DNA of 64,000 nt from an uncultured Actinomycetes bacterium (lineage in GTDB: Bacteria > Actinomycetota > UBA4738 > JACQTL01), in NCBI GenBank assembly GCA_963707645.1, contig CAVPQW010000009.1, forward strand, positions 371,771 through 435,770. Reading direction: 5' to 3'. Positions 54,868 through 64,000 of this stretch are shown here, piece after piece; the stretch's first letter is position 1, and every line of letters starts with the position of its first letter. The translations under genes and the position numbers were made by a program. The notes beneath the pieces were generated by a model. The model was not told where the DNA came from. It saw only the letters and a list, made by a program, of their open reading frames with translations, and searched no databases.

Positions 54868-57420
54868 ATGCGTCGATCGCCGGTTCCCGCCGGGCCCGTT
54901 TCGCCGTCGTCTTCACCGTCATGGCCCTGACGCTCGCCGCCGTGGCGGCGTCGAACGCCGCGACGCCGCCGACCGGGGGCGTCGGCCCCGGGACACCGAC
55001 CACCACCTGGTCCGGCCCCGTGAAGACCGCCGTCACCGATGGCGAGACGGACGCCGAATGCCAGGCGGCGAACGCATTCTGCGACGACTACACGCTCAAC
55101 GTGACCGTCCCGGCGGGGTTCTACTCGAACCACTCCGGTGGGGTGACCGTCGAGCTCGCCACGCAGATCCCGGCCCAGGACTTCGACCTGTATGTCTTCT
55201 CGAACCCGCAGCACACGGCGGAGGTCGGCCACGCCGCCACTGAAGGCACCCTCGCCGAGTCACTGTTCGTCCCGAGCGCGCAAGGCGCCTACTACGTCCG
55301 GGTGGTGTACTTCGCCGTCGCCAACGCCTCTTACGACGGCACGGCGACGTTCTCCAGCCAGGCGGGCGGGTCGACCGGCGGGGCGACCTTCAGCAACACC
55401 CAGGTCGCGTTCGCCCCGGCCACGATCGTGTCGCCGAACTTCGTGGCCGGCGAGCCGCAGGTCACCGTCGAGCGCCCGGCCGAGGACTCGATGAGCGGCG
55501 CCATCAGCGCCAACCGGATCTTCGCGGACTGGCCGTTGTCGTCCCGTTCGAACACCGGCATGCTCAGCCGCTCGACTGACGGCGGGAGCTCGTTCCGCCT
55601 GCTGCTCGACCTGACCTGCGCCCAGCGGAGCCGTCCGAACTGTGCCACCGGCGGGGGAGGGGACACCGAGAACGACGTCAGCCCGCGTGACGGAACGCTC
55701 TACTTCGCCGACCAGGAGTCGCTCGGGCAGGAGTCCACCAGCAGCTCGACCGACCACGGCGACACGTTCCCCGTCGGCCGGCAGTTCGCGGTGACGAACG
55801 GCGCGACCGGTGTCGACCGGCAGTGGGTCGCGCCGACGGACAACAGCGCCGCGTTCGTCGTCTCCGGACAGACGCTCAACGCCTTCCTGGCCTACCACGT
55901 CCCCGGGGCGGGTCAGTACGTCCAGGGGATCACCACCGGCGGGACGCCGCTGCCCCAGCCGGTCACGCAGATCCAGTTCGTCTCGCAGAGCGGGCAGCTC
56001 CGCGTCGACAACACCGATGGACCGGGGCACGGCTGGATCTACCAGCCGTACCGCTCGTTCACGGGACATTCGCTCGGCGCGAGCCACTACATCGTCTCGA
56101 CGGCGCCTGCTTCCGGCTACCAGCTGCCGACGAGCTGGAGGGACAACAAGGTCACGGACGACAACCCGACGATCTTCCCCTGGCTCTCGCTCGACGATCA
56201 CGGGAACGCCTACGCGGTGTGGTCGACGGGAGGTGTCATGTATCTCAGCGTCTCGCCGATCGACGACAAGGCGAACAACCCGCAGCTCGGCGGGCGTCCC
56301 GGCACGTTCTGGTCGCCGCAGGTCCGGGTCGAGCCTGCCCACCGTGAAGATCGCGCTGTTCCCGGAGGTCATCGGCGGCAGCGCCGGCCGCGTCGGGATC
56401 ACCTACGACGGGACGACCGAGTGCCAGGGGGACTCGGCGGTCTGCGTGCCGGCGACCAAATGGAACACCTACGGCGCGGTCATCACGAACGCGCTGCAGC
56501 ACGACGGGCCCGCGGTCGTGTCGACGGGCGTCGTCAGCCACCGGGTCGTCCACACCGGGAACATCTGCACGAGCGGAACCTCGTGCGTTGCCACGGTGCC
56601 GGCGCAGGACCGTTCGCTCCTCGACATGACCGATCTCGGCGTCGACAAGGACGGCCGGATCGGGGTCATCTTCACGGACAACAACTCGACGATGCAGCAG
56701 GGCGCGACGCCGGCCGACCCCAAGGAGTCGCCGTTCGTCCACTTCGCCAAGATCGTGAAGGGGCCCGGGCTGCTCGCCTCCAAGCAGAGCATCGCCGTGA
56801 AGGTGTCGACGACGCCCGAACGGGGCGACAACAGCGGCGACGCGACCTGGCCGAACGTGACGGCCGCGCAGAGCATCGCCGGACTGGACATCACGCACGA
56901 TTCCCTCCGGCTGCAGAACGGGAACCTGATCGGGCGGATCCGGCTGCAGGACGCGAGCGCCGCCGGCATGGCTGCCGCGCTGACGAAGTTCAACGCCGCG
57001 TCCGCGGCCGCGAACAGCACCGACCCCGCGGCGCAGCGCCTGCAGTACGTGCTGCGGTTCTCGAACGGGAGCGACGTGTTCCACATGTCGGCCGAGTTCA
57101 CGCCGGGCCAGCCGCTGCGGTTCTTCGGCGGGAAGCTCGACGACAACGACCAGCTGATCAACCCGACGAACGCGGCCGTGTCGGGCGCCGGCTACCACGC
57201 CGATGCCGCGTACCACGTGACCGGGAAGGTGTTCGTCCGGGACAACGTGATCCAGGTGATGGCCCCGGTGGGCGACTTCGGGTTCGCGGCGGGCACCACG
57301 CTGTTCAGCGTGTCGCCGTACGCCGAGGCCGGCCCCAGCGAGGCGAACGAGCTGACGGTGCTCCTGCTGATGCGGGTCGTCGACTCGGCGGAGCCGTTCG
57401 ACACGACGCTGGGTTCGTAG
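54868..57420 (+). pseudogene. Large secreted protein, possibly sialidase/BNR-like beta-propeller, with a disrupted start region and one internal frameshift near 56335
   Basis: The ATG at 54868 (MRRSPVP...) is one frame off the signal-peptide frame (IAGSRRARFAVVFTVMALTLAAVAASNA). The body continues in frame 0 to ~56340, then in frame 1 (VKIALFPEV...TTLGS*). Confidence 0.5.
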
Positions 57421-57432
57421 CTCAGCACGACG

Positions 57433-57475
57433 GAAGGGCGGGACCCCTGCGCGGGGTCCCGCCCTTCGCGTTGCT
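57433..57475. terminator. Bidirectional terminator hairpin (gaagggcgggacccc tgcg cggggtcccgcccttc)
   Basis: A perfect 15-bp GC-rich stem sits between convergent stops at 57420 (plus strand) and 57493 (minus strand). Confidence 0.65.
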
Positions 57476-57492
57476 CAGCGAGTTGCTTCGGT

Positions 57493-58440
57493 TCAGGCCG
57501 TGAGCGTGACCGGGATGCTCACGACGTTGGTCGGCCGGCCGTCCTTGGCGCTCTCCTCGAAGACCTCGAGGGTTCCGTCCTGGTCGTGATCGACCTCGTA
57601 GTCGAGCGCGACCTCGAAGCTCCCCCGGCAGCCCGTGCCGCAGAGCGCCGTTGCCACGCCGGACGCGATCACGTCGCCGTTCTCGTCGAGCAGCCGGTAG
57701 CTCACCGTGGCCTCGAACACGTCCGCCGTGCCGACGATCTCGATCGGGCTGATGACGGTGTCGCCTGGCATCGGCGCGTCGACCACGATTGCCGGGGCGA
57801 TGAACTCGAAGTCGTCGCGTACCCACGGCCGGTTCAAGAAGTTGCCGTCGACGTCGAACGGCTTGATCTCCTCGCCGTCGAGCTGGATCCGCACGCCGCC
57901 GACGGTCTGGAACTGAGTGATCGTCCACACGACCTGGCCGAGGCGCGTCCACTCGGACACGGCGCTCCCTCCCGAGAAGAACTCGTTCGACAGGTTCACC
58001 GTGGCGACGTGGTCGGCATCGTCGGTGATCGACAGGCCGAGGAGCTTGGTGCCGGGCGGAATCTGCGTCCCGATGCCGTCGGCCGTCTCCTCGTCGGTCG
58101 GGCCGTCGAGCAGAGCCTCGAGCGCCGCGCGGCCGACTGCCTCAGTCGCCGGCTCGATGCGCCACACGCGGGCGAGGGTGCTGCCGTCGCCGGCGTCGAA
58201 CCAGACCTCGAGGGTGACCGTGCCGGATGGGGTGGTCGGATCCGGCGAGGTCGTCGGCGAGCCGGTGGGCCCGGTCGGGAGAGGAGTCGGGGTGATGGGT
58301 TCCGTCGTGGGGCCCGGCGGGCTTCCGACGGGGCTGATCGGCGTGACGGGGCCGGTGGCGACCGGGCCGCCGCTCTTCGCGCCCTCGGCGCAGGCCGCCA
58401 GCAGGGCCGCCGCCGCGAGGATGGTGATGAGGCGCTTCAT
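57493..58440 (-). CDS. Lipoprotein with GerMN and immunoglobulin-like domains (short LpqB-like)
   Basis: It has a lipobox, LLAACAEG, and a Pro/Thr-rich linker. Its start overlaps the sensor kinase stop as ATGA. GerMN-like segments are present (VWFDAGDGSTLARV..., VSYRLLDENGDVIAS). Confidence 0.65.
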   Translation of the reverse strand: MKRLITILAAAALLAACAEGAKSGGPVATGPVTPISPVGSPPGPTTEPITPTPLPTGPTGSPTTSPDPTTPSGTVTLEVWFDAGDGSTLARVWRIEPATEAVGRAALEALLDGPTDEETADGIGTQIPPGTKLLGLSITDDADHVATVNLSNEFFSGGSAVSEWTRLGQVVWTITQFQTVGGVRIQLDGEEIKPFDVDGNFLNRPWVRDDFEFIAPAIVVDAPMPGDTVISPIEIVGTADVFEATVSYRLLDENGDVIASGVATALCGTGCRGSFEVALDYEVDHDQDGTLEVFEESAKDGRPTNVVSIPVTLTA

Positions 58441-59906
58441 GTTCGTTCCCTCCCTTCGGGGATCTTCTGCGTCTCATCCTCGGGACGGGGGGCAACGCGG
58501 TTCTCGCCGGCCGGTAACGATCCCGCAACGGGCAGTCGAAGCGTGAACACCGACCCCCGGCCGGGTTCGCTGTCGACCTCGATGTCGCCGCCGAGCAGGC
58601 GGGCGTTCTCCATCGCGATGGCGAGGCCGAGCCCGCTTCCGGGCCCGGTTCGCGACGGGTCGAGCTTGTGGAACCGGTCGAACACGCGGGGGACCTGCTC
58701 GGGTGGGATGCCGGGGCCCCGGTCGGCGACGGCGACCGAGGCGGAGTACGAGTCCGCGGCGACGTGGACGGCGGCGGATCCGCCTCCGTGTTCCAGCGCG
58801 TTGCCGATGAGGTTCGCCAGGATGCGCTCGAGGCGGCGGCGGTCGGATTCCACGACCGTTCGTCCGCCCACCACGGTGACGGCGCCGTCCCAGTCGCGGG
58901 CGGCGACCACCGCCCGGACGAGCGCATCGAGATCGACCGGTTCCTGGATCGTGGGCTCGGCCTCGGCGTCGAGGCGCGAGATCTCCATGAGCTCCTCGAC
59001 CAGCCGGCGCAGCCGTGCCACGTCGGTGATCAGCAGCTCGGCGGGACGCCGTGCCTCGGGCGGCATGTCGTCGAGGTGGTCGCGGAGCAGCGAGGCCTCG
59101 TTGACCAAGGCGGTGAGCGGGGTGCGCAGCTCGTGCGAGACGTCGGACGTGAATCGCCGCTCGCGCTCGCGCGCCTCGGACAGCGCCGCGATCTTGGCCT
59201 CGAGCGCGCCGGCCATCTCGTTGAACGAGGCCGCCCAGTCGCCGAACTCGTCATTGGTCTCGACCGGCAGACGCGTGTCCAGGAGGCCTTCCGCCATGGA
59301 ACGGGCCGCATCCGACGCCCGTGCCACGGGTTCCAGCGTCCGGCGTGCGAGCAGCACCCCGGCGATGGCCGAGATCCCCACGATGACGAGCCACCCGAGC
59401 GCGAGCACCACGCCGAGCTGGCGCAGGTCGGCCTGCAGGCTCGCCTCGCTGAACACGAAGTACAGGTCGGCGCCGGCCGAGAGCACGCGTTCCCCGACCA
59501 CGAGCGACGGGTCGTCGTCGATGTCGAGGCGCTGATACCCGACCTGCGAGTCGTCGACCAGCGCCGCGAGCTCCGCCGGAGGCCGGAAGGATCGCAGCGG
59601 CACCGACGAGGCGTTGACGCGGTCGCCCGTGAAGATCACCGTGCCGAACCCGCCGGTCGAGTAGAACGCCAGCAGGGCGTCGGTCTGCGCGGACCCGGGG
59701 TGCTCGGTCAGGTTCTGCTGGGCGAACAGCAGGTTGAGCCGGGCCTGGCGCAGCGCCCGTTCCACCGAGTCGTCCAGCCGCGACTGCCGGACCAGCAGGA
59801 ACGACCCGACTGCGAGCGCGCCGGCCGAGAGCCCGGCCACCAGGACGAACGAGACCGCCAGGCGCCGCCGGAGGCGCTTGGGCGCGGCCACCTCCCGGTG
59901 CGCCAT
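58437..59906 (-). CDS. Two-component sensor histidine kinase (MtrB-like)
   Basis: It has two TM helices, a HAMP domain, a HisKA domain with the H-box FTSDVSHELRTPLTAL, and a HATPase_c domain (GGSAAVHVAADSYSASVAVADRGPGIPPE...GSGLGLAIA). Its start overlaps the regulator stop. Confidence 0.85.
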   Translation of the reverse strand: MAHREVAAPKRLRRRLAVSFVLVAGLSAGALAVGSFLLVRQSRLDDSVERALRQARLNLLFAQQNLTEHPGSAQTDALLAFYSTGGFGTVIFTGDRVNASSVPLRSFRPPAELAALVDDSQVGYQRLDIDDDPSLVVGERVLSAGADLYFVFSEASLQADLRQLGVVLALGWLVIVGISAIAGVLLARRTLEPVARASDAARSMAEGLLDTRLPVETNDEFGDWAASFNEMAGALEAKIAALSEARERERRFTSDVSHELRTPLTALVNEASLLRDHLDDMPPEARRPAELLITDVARLRRLVEELMEISRLDAEAEPTIQEPVDLDALVRAVVAARDWDGAVTVVGGRTVVESDRRRLERILANLIGNALEHGGGSAAVHVAADSYSASVAVADRGPGIPPEQVPRVFDRFHKLDPSRTGPGSGLGLAIAMENARLLGGDIEVDSEPGRGSVFTLRLPVAGSLPAGENRVAPRPEDETQKIPEGRERT

Positions 59907-60604
59907 CAGCGGTCCTCGGTCGGATCCACCCGGTCCATGCGGTACCCGACGCCGCGGACGGTTCGGATCAGGACCGGATTGGCCGGGTCGCGCTCGATCT
60001 TGCCGCGGAGCCGCTGGACCGCCACGTCGACCAGCCGGGAGTCGCCGAGGTAGTCGTAGTTCCAGACCTTCGACAGCAGCACCTCGCGAGTCATCACGCG
60101 GCCGGCGTTGCGCGCAAGCTCGAGCAGCAGCCGGAACTCGGTGGCGGTGAGGTCGAGCTCGACGCCGCCCCGGCGGGCGACGTAGCCGGTCGGATCGATC
60201 TCGATGTCGGCGATGGTCACGGCCGGCTCCTCGGGCTCGCCCGACGACCGCCGCAGCACCGCCCGGAGCCGCGCCACCAGCTCCGAGAGCTCGAACGGTT
60301 TGGTGACGTAGTCGTCGGCGCCGAGCTCGAGCCCGACCACCACGTCGGTCGTATCGGTGCGCGCCGTCAACATGATCACGGGGATGCGGCTGGTCTTCCG
60401 GAGCTCCCGGCACACCTCGAACCCGTCGAGCGAGGGGAGCATCACGTCGAGCACCACGGCGTCGTACGGTTCGTTCCTCGCGCGCATCAGCCCGTCGCGC
60501 CCGTCGCCGGTCGTCGCGACCCGGAACCCGGCCCGTTCGAGCCCCATCTGGACGACCTCCCTGATCGAGGCGTCGTCCTCGACGACCAGCACGCGTTCGT
60601 CCAT
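59906..60604 (-). CDS. OmpR-family response regulator (MtrA-like)
   Basis: The receiver domain reads MDERVLVVEDDASIREV...DAVVLDVMLP. The winged-helix end reads LIRTVRGVGYRM. Start chosen at the internal ATG (MDERV...) of ORF 59906-60715. Confidence 0.9.
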   Translation of the reverse strand: MDERVLVVEDDASIREVVQMGLERAGFRVATTGDGRDGLMRARNEPYDAVVLDVMLPSLDGFEVCRELRKTSRIPVIMLTARTDTTDVVVGLELGADDYVTKPFELSELVARLRAVLRRSSGEPEEPAVTIADIEIDPTGYVARRGGVELDLTATEFRLLLELARNAGRVMTREVLLSKVWNYDYLGDSRLVDVAVQRLRGKIERDPANPVLIRTVRGVGYRMDRVDPTEDR

Positions 60605-60717
60605 GGCGGATCGAAGCGTAGCCCCGTGACCAGCGCGAACCCAGGTCGTGGGGCCGGTTGTTGCACGATCGTTGCCCGCCGCGCACGTGGGCACGCCGGG
60701 TAGCCTGGGCGGCACGC

Positions 60718-61311
60718 ATGGCTGCCGTCGTCGGGATTCGCCACGGGGAGGTCGAGAACCCCGACCACCTCGTCTACGCGCGATCGGAGGGCTTCCCGCT
60801 GAGCGCGGCAGGGTTGGAGGCCGCGCAACGGCTCGGCGACGCGATCCGGAAAGCGAACGTGGTCGCGGTGTGGGCGAGTCCGCTGACCCGCGCTCAACAG
60901 ACGGCCCGGGCGCTTGCGGAGCCGCACGGCCTCGCCGTGCAGACCGATGATCGCCTGATCGAGTGGGGCGGCCTGCTGCGCTGGCAGGGAAAGTCCTGGC
61001 CGGAGTCCATGCAGGACCCGGAGCTGCTCGCCATGTACGCGGATCCGGTCGCGAAGTCGCCCGGCTACCCGCTCGACGAGGCCGGCCGGGGCGTCATGGC
61101 CTGGGCCGAGGAACGCGCCGCGGAGCATCCCGACGGGGTCGTCCTCGGCGTGTCCCACGAGGCGCCGCTCATCGCCGCGTGGCTCGCCGGCCGGGGCGCC
61201 GACTTCCACGCGTTCCGCTCGGTGAACGTCCCGCATCTCCAGGGCGTTCGGCTCGTTCCCGGGCCTCCGGAAACCGTCGATCCGGGGGAGGCGCTGGCCC
61301 CGTTCTGCTGA
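60718..61311 (+). CDS. Histidine phosphatase family protein (phosphoglycerate-mutase-like, GpmB-type)
   Basis: It carries the catalytic motif IRHGEVENP. The product is ~197 aa from the internal ATG. Confidence 0.65.
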   Translation: MAAVVGIRHGEVENPDHLVYARSEGFPLSAAGLEAAQRLGDAIRKANVVAVWASPLTRAQQTARALAEPHGLAVQTDDRLIEWGGLLRWQGKSWPESMQDPELLAMYADPVAKSPGYPLDEAGRGVMAWAEERAAEHPDGVVLGVSHEAPLIAAWLAGRGADFHAFRSVNVPHLQGVRLVPGPPETVDPGEALAPFC

Positions 61312-61402
61312 TCCGGGTCGTCGGCGTGAGCACGGGGTAAGACCTCTGTGAAGATCGACTGAAGTTCGAGACACCCGCCCGTTCCATGGCGAACATGGGT
61401 AC

Positions 61403-62596
61403 GTGATGAAGAGACTCCTGACAGCACTCGCGTTTGTCGCCGTCATCTCGACGGCATGCGCCTCCCTCGCGACCACGTCGCAGGGTGGCACCCAGATCCC
61501 GCCGTGGGCGTCGGCTCAGAGGCATTCCGCCTCGTCCGCCGCGTCCCCGGTGCCGGAGCCGACGTCGTCCCTCTCGCCAGCCCCGCTGCCGAGTGGGTCG
61601 CCCGCGGATGTCGACCCCGGTGCTGAGCCGATCGTCCAGGTCGTGCAGCGCACGCTCCCGGCGATCGTGAACGTCACCACGAACCTGCTGGAACCCAACC
61701 CCTTCGGCGACGCCACTCCAGGAAAGGGAGTCGGCACCGGGTTCATCATCCGTTCCGACGGAATCGTCGTGACCAACTTCCACGTGGTTGAGGGCGCGCA
61801 GCGCATCACCGTCACCACGTCGGAATCGCCGACCCAGTCGTTCGAGGCCAGGGTCATCGGCGGCGACCAGGAGGCGGACCTCGCCGTCCTGAAGATCGAC
61901 GCGAACGACCTCCCGACCGTGACGCTCGGCGACTCGAGCGCGCTGGACCTGGGGGAGCGGGTCGTGGCCATCGGCTACGCCCTCGCCCTGAACGGCGGCC
62001 CGTCGGTCACGAGCGGCATCGTGTCCTCGCTCGACCGTGAGGTGAAGGCGGCCGACCCGAACTTCGAGGGCGGCGCCCGCACCTACACGCACGTCGTGCA
62101 GACCGACGCCGCCATCAACCCGGGGAACTCCGGGGGCCCGCTGCTGAACCTCGCCGGGCAGGTCATCGGCATCAACACCGCCGGCACCGCGTCCGCCGAG
62201 AACATCGGGTTCGCCATCGCGATCGACTTCGCGAAGCCGACCATCGAGCACGCCGTTGCCGACCCGTCGGCGCCGGTGGCGTTCCTCGGGGTTACCTCGA
62301 CCACCGTGACGCCGCTCGTTCAGCAGCAGGAGAACCTGTCCGTGGACCAGGGCGCGCTGGTGCTCGCCGTGGCGCCGAAGGGCCCGGCGGAGGACGCCGG
62401 CATCGCCGCGGGCGACGTGATCACGAAGTTCGACGGGCAGGCGGTCGACTCGTCCGACACGCTCGGCCAGCTCATCCTGTCCAACGCTCCGGGCGAGACC
62501 GCCACCGTGACCGTGATCCACTCGGGGGGCGAGTCCCAGACGTACGACGTGACCCTCGGGGTCCGCCCGCTGCCGACACCAACAGCGTCGCCGTAG
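61403..62596 (+). CDS. HtrA/DegP-family trypsin-like serine protease with a PDZ domain, lipoprotein signal
   Basis: It has a lipobox, AVISTAC, and the catalytic motif GNSGGPLLN. The C-terminal PDZ domain carries GALVLAVAPKGPAEDAGIAAGDVITKFDG. Confidence 0.85.
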   Translation: MMKRLLTALAFVAVISTACASLATTSQGGTQIPPWASAQRHSASSAASPVPEPTSSLSPAPLPSGSPADVDPGAEPIVQVVQRTLPAIVNVTTNLLEPNPFGDATPGKGVGTGFIIRSDGIVVTNFHVVEGAQRITVTTSESPTQSFEARVIGGDQEADLAVLKIDANDLPTVTLGDSSALDLGERVVAIGYALALNGGPSVTSGIVSSLDREVKAADPNFEGGARTYTHVVQTDAAINPGNSGGPLLNLAGQVIGINTAGTASAENIGFAIAIDFAKPTIEHAVADPSAPVAFLGVTSTTVTPLVQQQENLSVDQGALVLAVAPKGPAEDAGIAAGDVITKFDGQAVDSSDTLGQLILSNAPGETATVTVIHSGGESQTYDVTLGVRPLPTPTASP

Positions 62597-62625
62597 GAAC
62601 AATCCCCTCCCCTCCCAACGGCGAT

Positions 62626-62666
62626 GGCGCGACCCGGCTTCCCAGCCGGGTCGCGCTGGTGTTCGG
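62626..62666 (+). terminator. Candidate terminator hairpin after htrA (ggcgcgacccggc ttccca gccgggtcgcgc) followed by tggtgttcgg
   Basis: A 12-13 bp stem with a T-containing tail. It lies upstream of the ThiS-like start at 62696. Confidence 0.4.
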
Positions 62667-62695
62667 GCTCAGGCGGCTGCGCTAGCCTCTCGTTC

Positions 62696-62896
62696 GTGAA
62701 GGTTCGACTGCGGAATCCCGACCGGGAGATCGAGGTCGCCGGGCCGCGCTCCGTGCGCGACGTGTTGGTGGAGCTCGGCGTGGACCCGGACACGGTGCTC
62801 GTGATTCGCGACCGTGAGCTGGTCACGCGGGAGGAACGCCTGGGCGACGCCGACTCGATCGAGATCCGGCCAGTGATCTCCGGAGGCGCCCGGTGA
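62696..62896 (+). CDS. ThiS/MoaD-family ubiquitin-like sulfur carrier (TtuB-like), C-terminus GGAR
   Basis: A GTG start is called. The product is ~66 aa with a beta-grasp fold and ends ...PVISGGAR. It lies immediately upstream of, and overlaps, a TtuA-like gene. Confidence 0.6.
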   Translation: MKVRLRNPDREIEVAGPRSVRDVLVELGVDPDTVLVIRDRELVTREERLGDADSIEIRPVISGGAR

Positions 62897-63915
62897 GGTG
62901 CCGGCGGTGTCGAGGTTCCGCCGTGATCGAGGTCCGGCGGCACAACGCCGCGTTCTGTCAGCCGTGCTTCATCCATCATGTGAACGAGACCGTGAAGCGC
63001 ACGGTGAAGTCGCACCGGATGCTTCGGCCCGACGACAGGATCATGGTCGCCGTCAGCGGCGGCAAGGACTCGCTGGGGCTGTGGGACGTGCTGCTCGAGC
63101 TCGGGTACGACGCCACCGGCATGTACCTCGGGCTCGGCATCGGGGACTACAGCGAACGCTCCCGCGAGGTCACGAAGGCGTTTGCCGAGGAACGCGGCGC
63201 CGCTCTGATCGACGTCGACCTGGCGGGGGAGTACGGCTACGACATCCCGACCGCAGGCAAGAAGGGCTCGCGGTCGACGTGCGCCGTGTGCGGGTTGTCG
63301 AAGCGGTACGTGTTCAACCGGGTCGCGCTCGAGCACGGGTTCGACGTCGTCGCGACCGGCCACAACCTCGACGATGAGGCCGCAACGCTGCTCGGGAACA
63401 CGCTGCGGTGGCAGACCGGCTACATCGCGCGGCAGTTCCCGGTTCTCCCTGAGCGCGAGGGCATGGTGAAGAAGGTCAAGCCGCTCGTCCGCCTGAGCGA
63501 GCTGGAGACGGCGGCGTACGCGTTCCTCCGGCAGATCGACTACGTCGTCGAGGAGTGCCCGCTGGTCGGCGGGAACACGCAGCTCCGATACAAGGCCGCG
63601 ATGAACCAGCTGGAGCAGACATCGCCGGGGACCAAGGCGCAGTTCCTGATGGGATTCATCGACAAGGGCGCGGCGCTGTTCAAGTCGGAGGACACCGCCG
63701 AGCTCGCGCCGTGCGAGCGGTGCGGGCAGCCGACCACCGGGCGGTTCTGCGCGTTCTGCCGGGCCCGCTCGCAGGTGCTCGGGGAACGCCTCGGAGCGCC
63801 GGCGACGGAATCCCAGTCCGCCTCGGAGGACGAGCAGCAGGTGGCTCGCGAGCTGTCCGACGAGGTCATGCCCGCGGAGATCTACGCCGACTCGAACGCA
63901 CCGGGCTCCCGATGA
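62893..63915 (+). CDS. ttuA: TtuA/TtcA-family tRNA 2-thiolation PP-loop ATPase with N- and C-terminal zinc fingers
   Basis: The PP-loop motif is VAVSGGKDS. The N-terminal zinc finger is CRRCRGS...CQPCF. The C-terminal zinc finger is CERCGQ...CAFC. A GTG start overlaps the upstream stop. Confidence 0.75.
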   Translation: MRCRRCRGSAVIEVRRHNAAFCQPCFIHHVNETVKRTVKSHRMLRPDDRIMVAVSGGKDSLGLWDVLLELGYDATGMYLGLGIGDYSERSREVTKAFAEERGAALIDVDLAGEYGYDIPTAGKKGSRSTCAVCGLSKRYVFNRVALEHGFDVVATGHNLDDEAATLLGNTLRWQTGYIARQFPVLPEREGMVKKVKPLVRLSELETAAYAFLRQIDYVVEECPLVGGNTQLRYKAAMNQLEQTSPGTKAQFLMGFIDKGAALFKSEDTAELAPCERCGQPTTGRFCAFCRARSQVLGERLGAPATESQSASEDEQQVARELSDEVMPAEIYADSNAPGSR

Positions 63916-64000
63916 GCGGGCCGTTCGAGGCGGGCGAGCGGGCCCTGCTGCTCGACCAGAAGGGCCGCCGATACCTCGTGCGGCTCCAGCCCGACCGCGA
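63912..64000 (+). CDS. trmI: tRNA (adenine-N1)-methyltransferase TrmI, N-terminal fragment (runs off the window)
   Basis: The product reads MSGPFEAGERALLLDQKGRRYLVRLQPD, resembling the TrmI N-terminus (GPF.GERV.L.D.KGRRY...L.PG). The ATG overlaps the ttuA stop. Confidence 0.5.
   Translation, partial: MSGPFEAGERALLLDQKGRRYLVRLQPDR

Overview
This is a high-GC (~70%) actinobacterial-type chromosomal segment. Several Actinomycetota signature genes support that placement: RNHCP, DUF3039, clpS-DUF2017-DUF3054, and an mtrA/mtrB-like pair with a lipoprotein.

The first ~20 kb is an intact housekeeping backbone: uvrC-rapZ, gap-pgk-tpiA, an archaeal-type phosphoglycerate mutase, a five-gene peptide-type ABC importer, secG and tRNA-Leu(GAG). 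One IS110 element sits in a divergent promoter region.

The tRNA-Leu is an insertion hotspot. An IS481 element is inserted at its 3' end with a 15-bp target duplication. Two ~240-bp repeats that each carry the 3' half of the tRNA follow at about 25.6 kb and 27.5 kb. They look like remnants of tandemly integrated elements with no integrase left.

From ~23 kb onward, most accessory genes are visibly broken by frameshifts, and one carries an in-frame stop. These include a secreted phosphoesterase, beta-propeller and delta-60 repeat secreted proteins, a ~4.9 kb adenylyl-cyclase/AAA/nSTAND/WD40 protein, transketolase, an ATP-dependent DNA ligase, a saccharopine dehydrogenase, a hemerythrin-like protein and several lipoproteins. 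Interspersed conserved genes are intact: clpS, cspA, mtrAB-like, htrA-like, ttuA/ttuB-like and an epoxide hydrolase. This non-random lesion pattern points to genuine pseudogenisation and reductive evolution rather than uniform sequencing error. Localised assembly indels cannot be excluded from sequence alone.

I found no CRISPR array, no rRNA and no clear canonical defence operon. The most interesting candidates are the tRNA-Leu island remnants with putative arm-type repeats, the decayed STAND NTPase locus, the absence of yvcK/whiA downstream of rapZ, and the ThiS-like/TtuA-like/TrmI tRNA-modification cluster.
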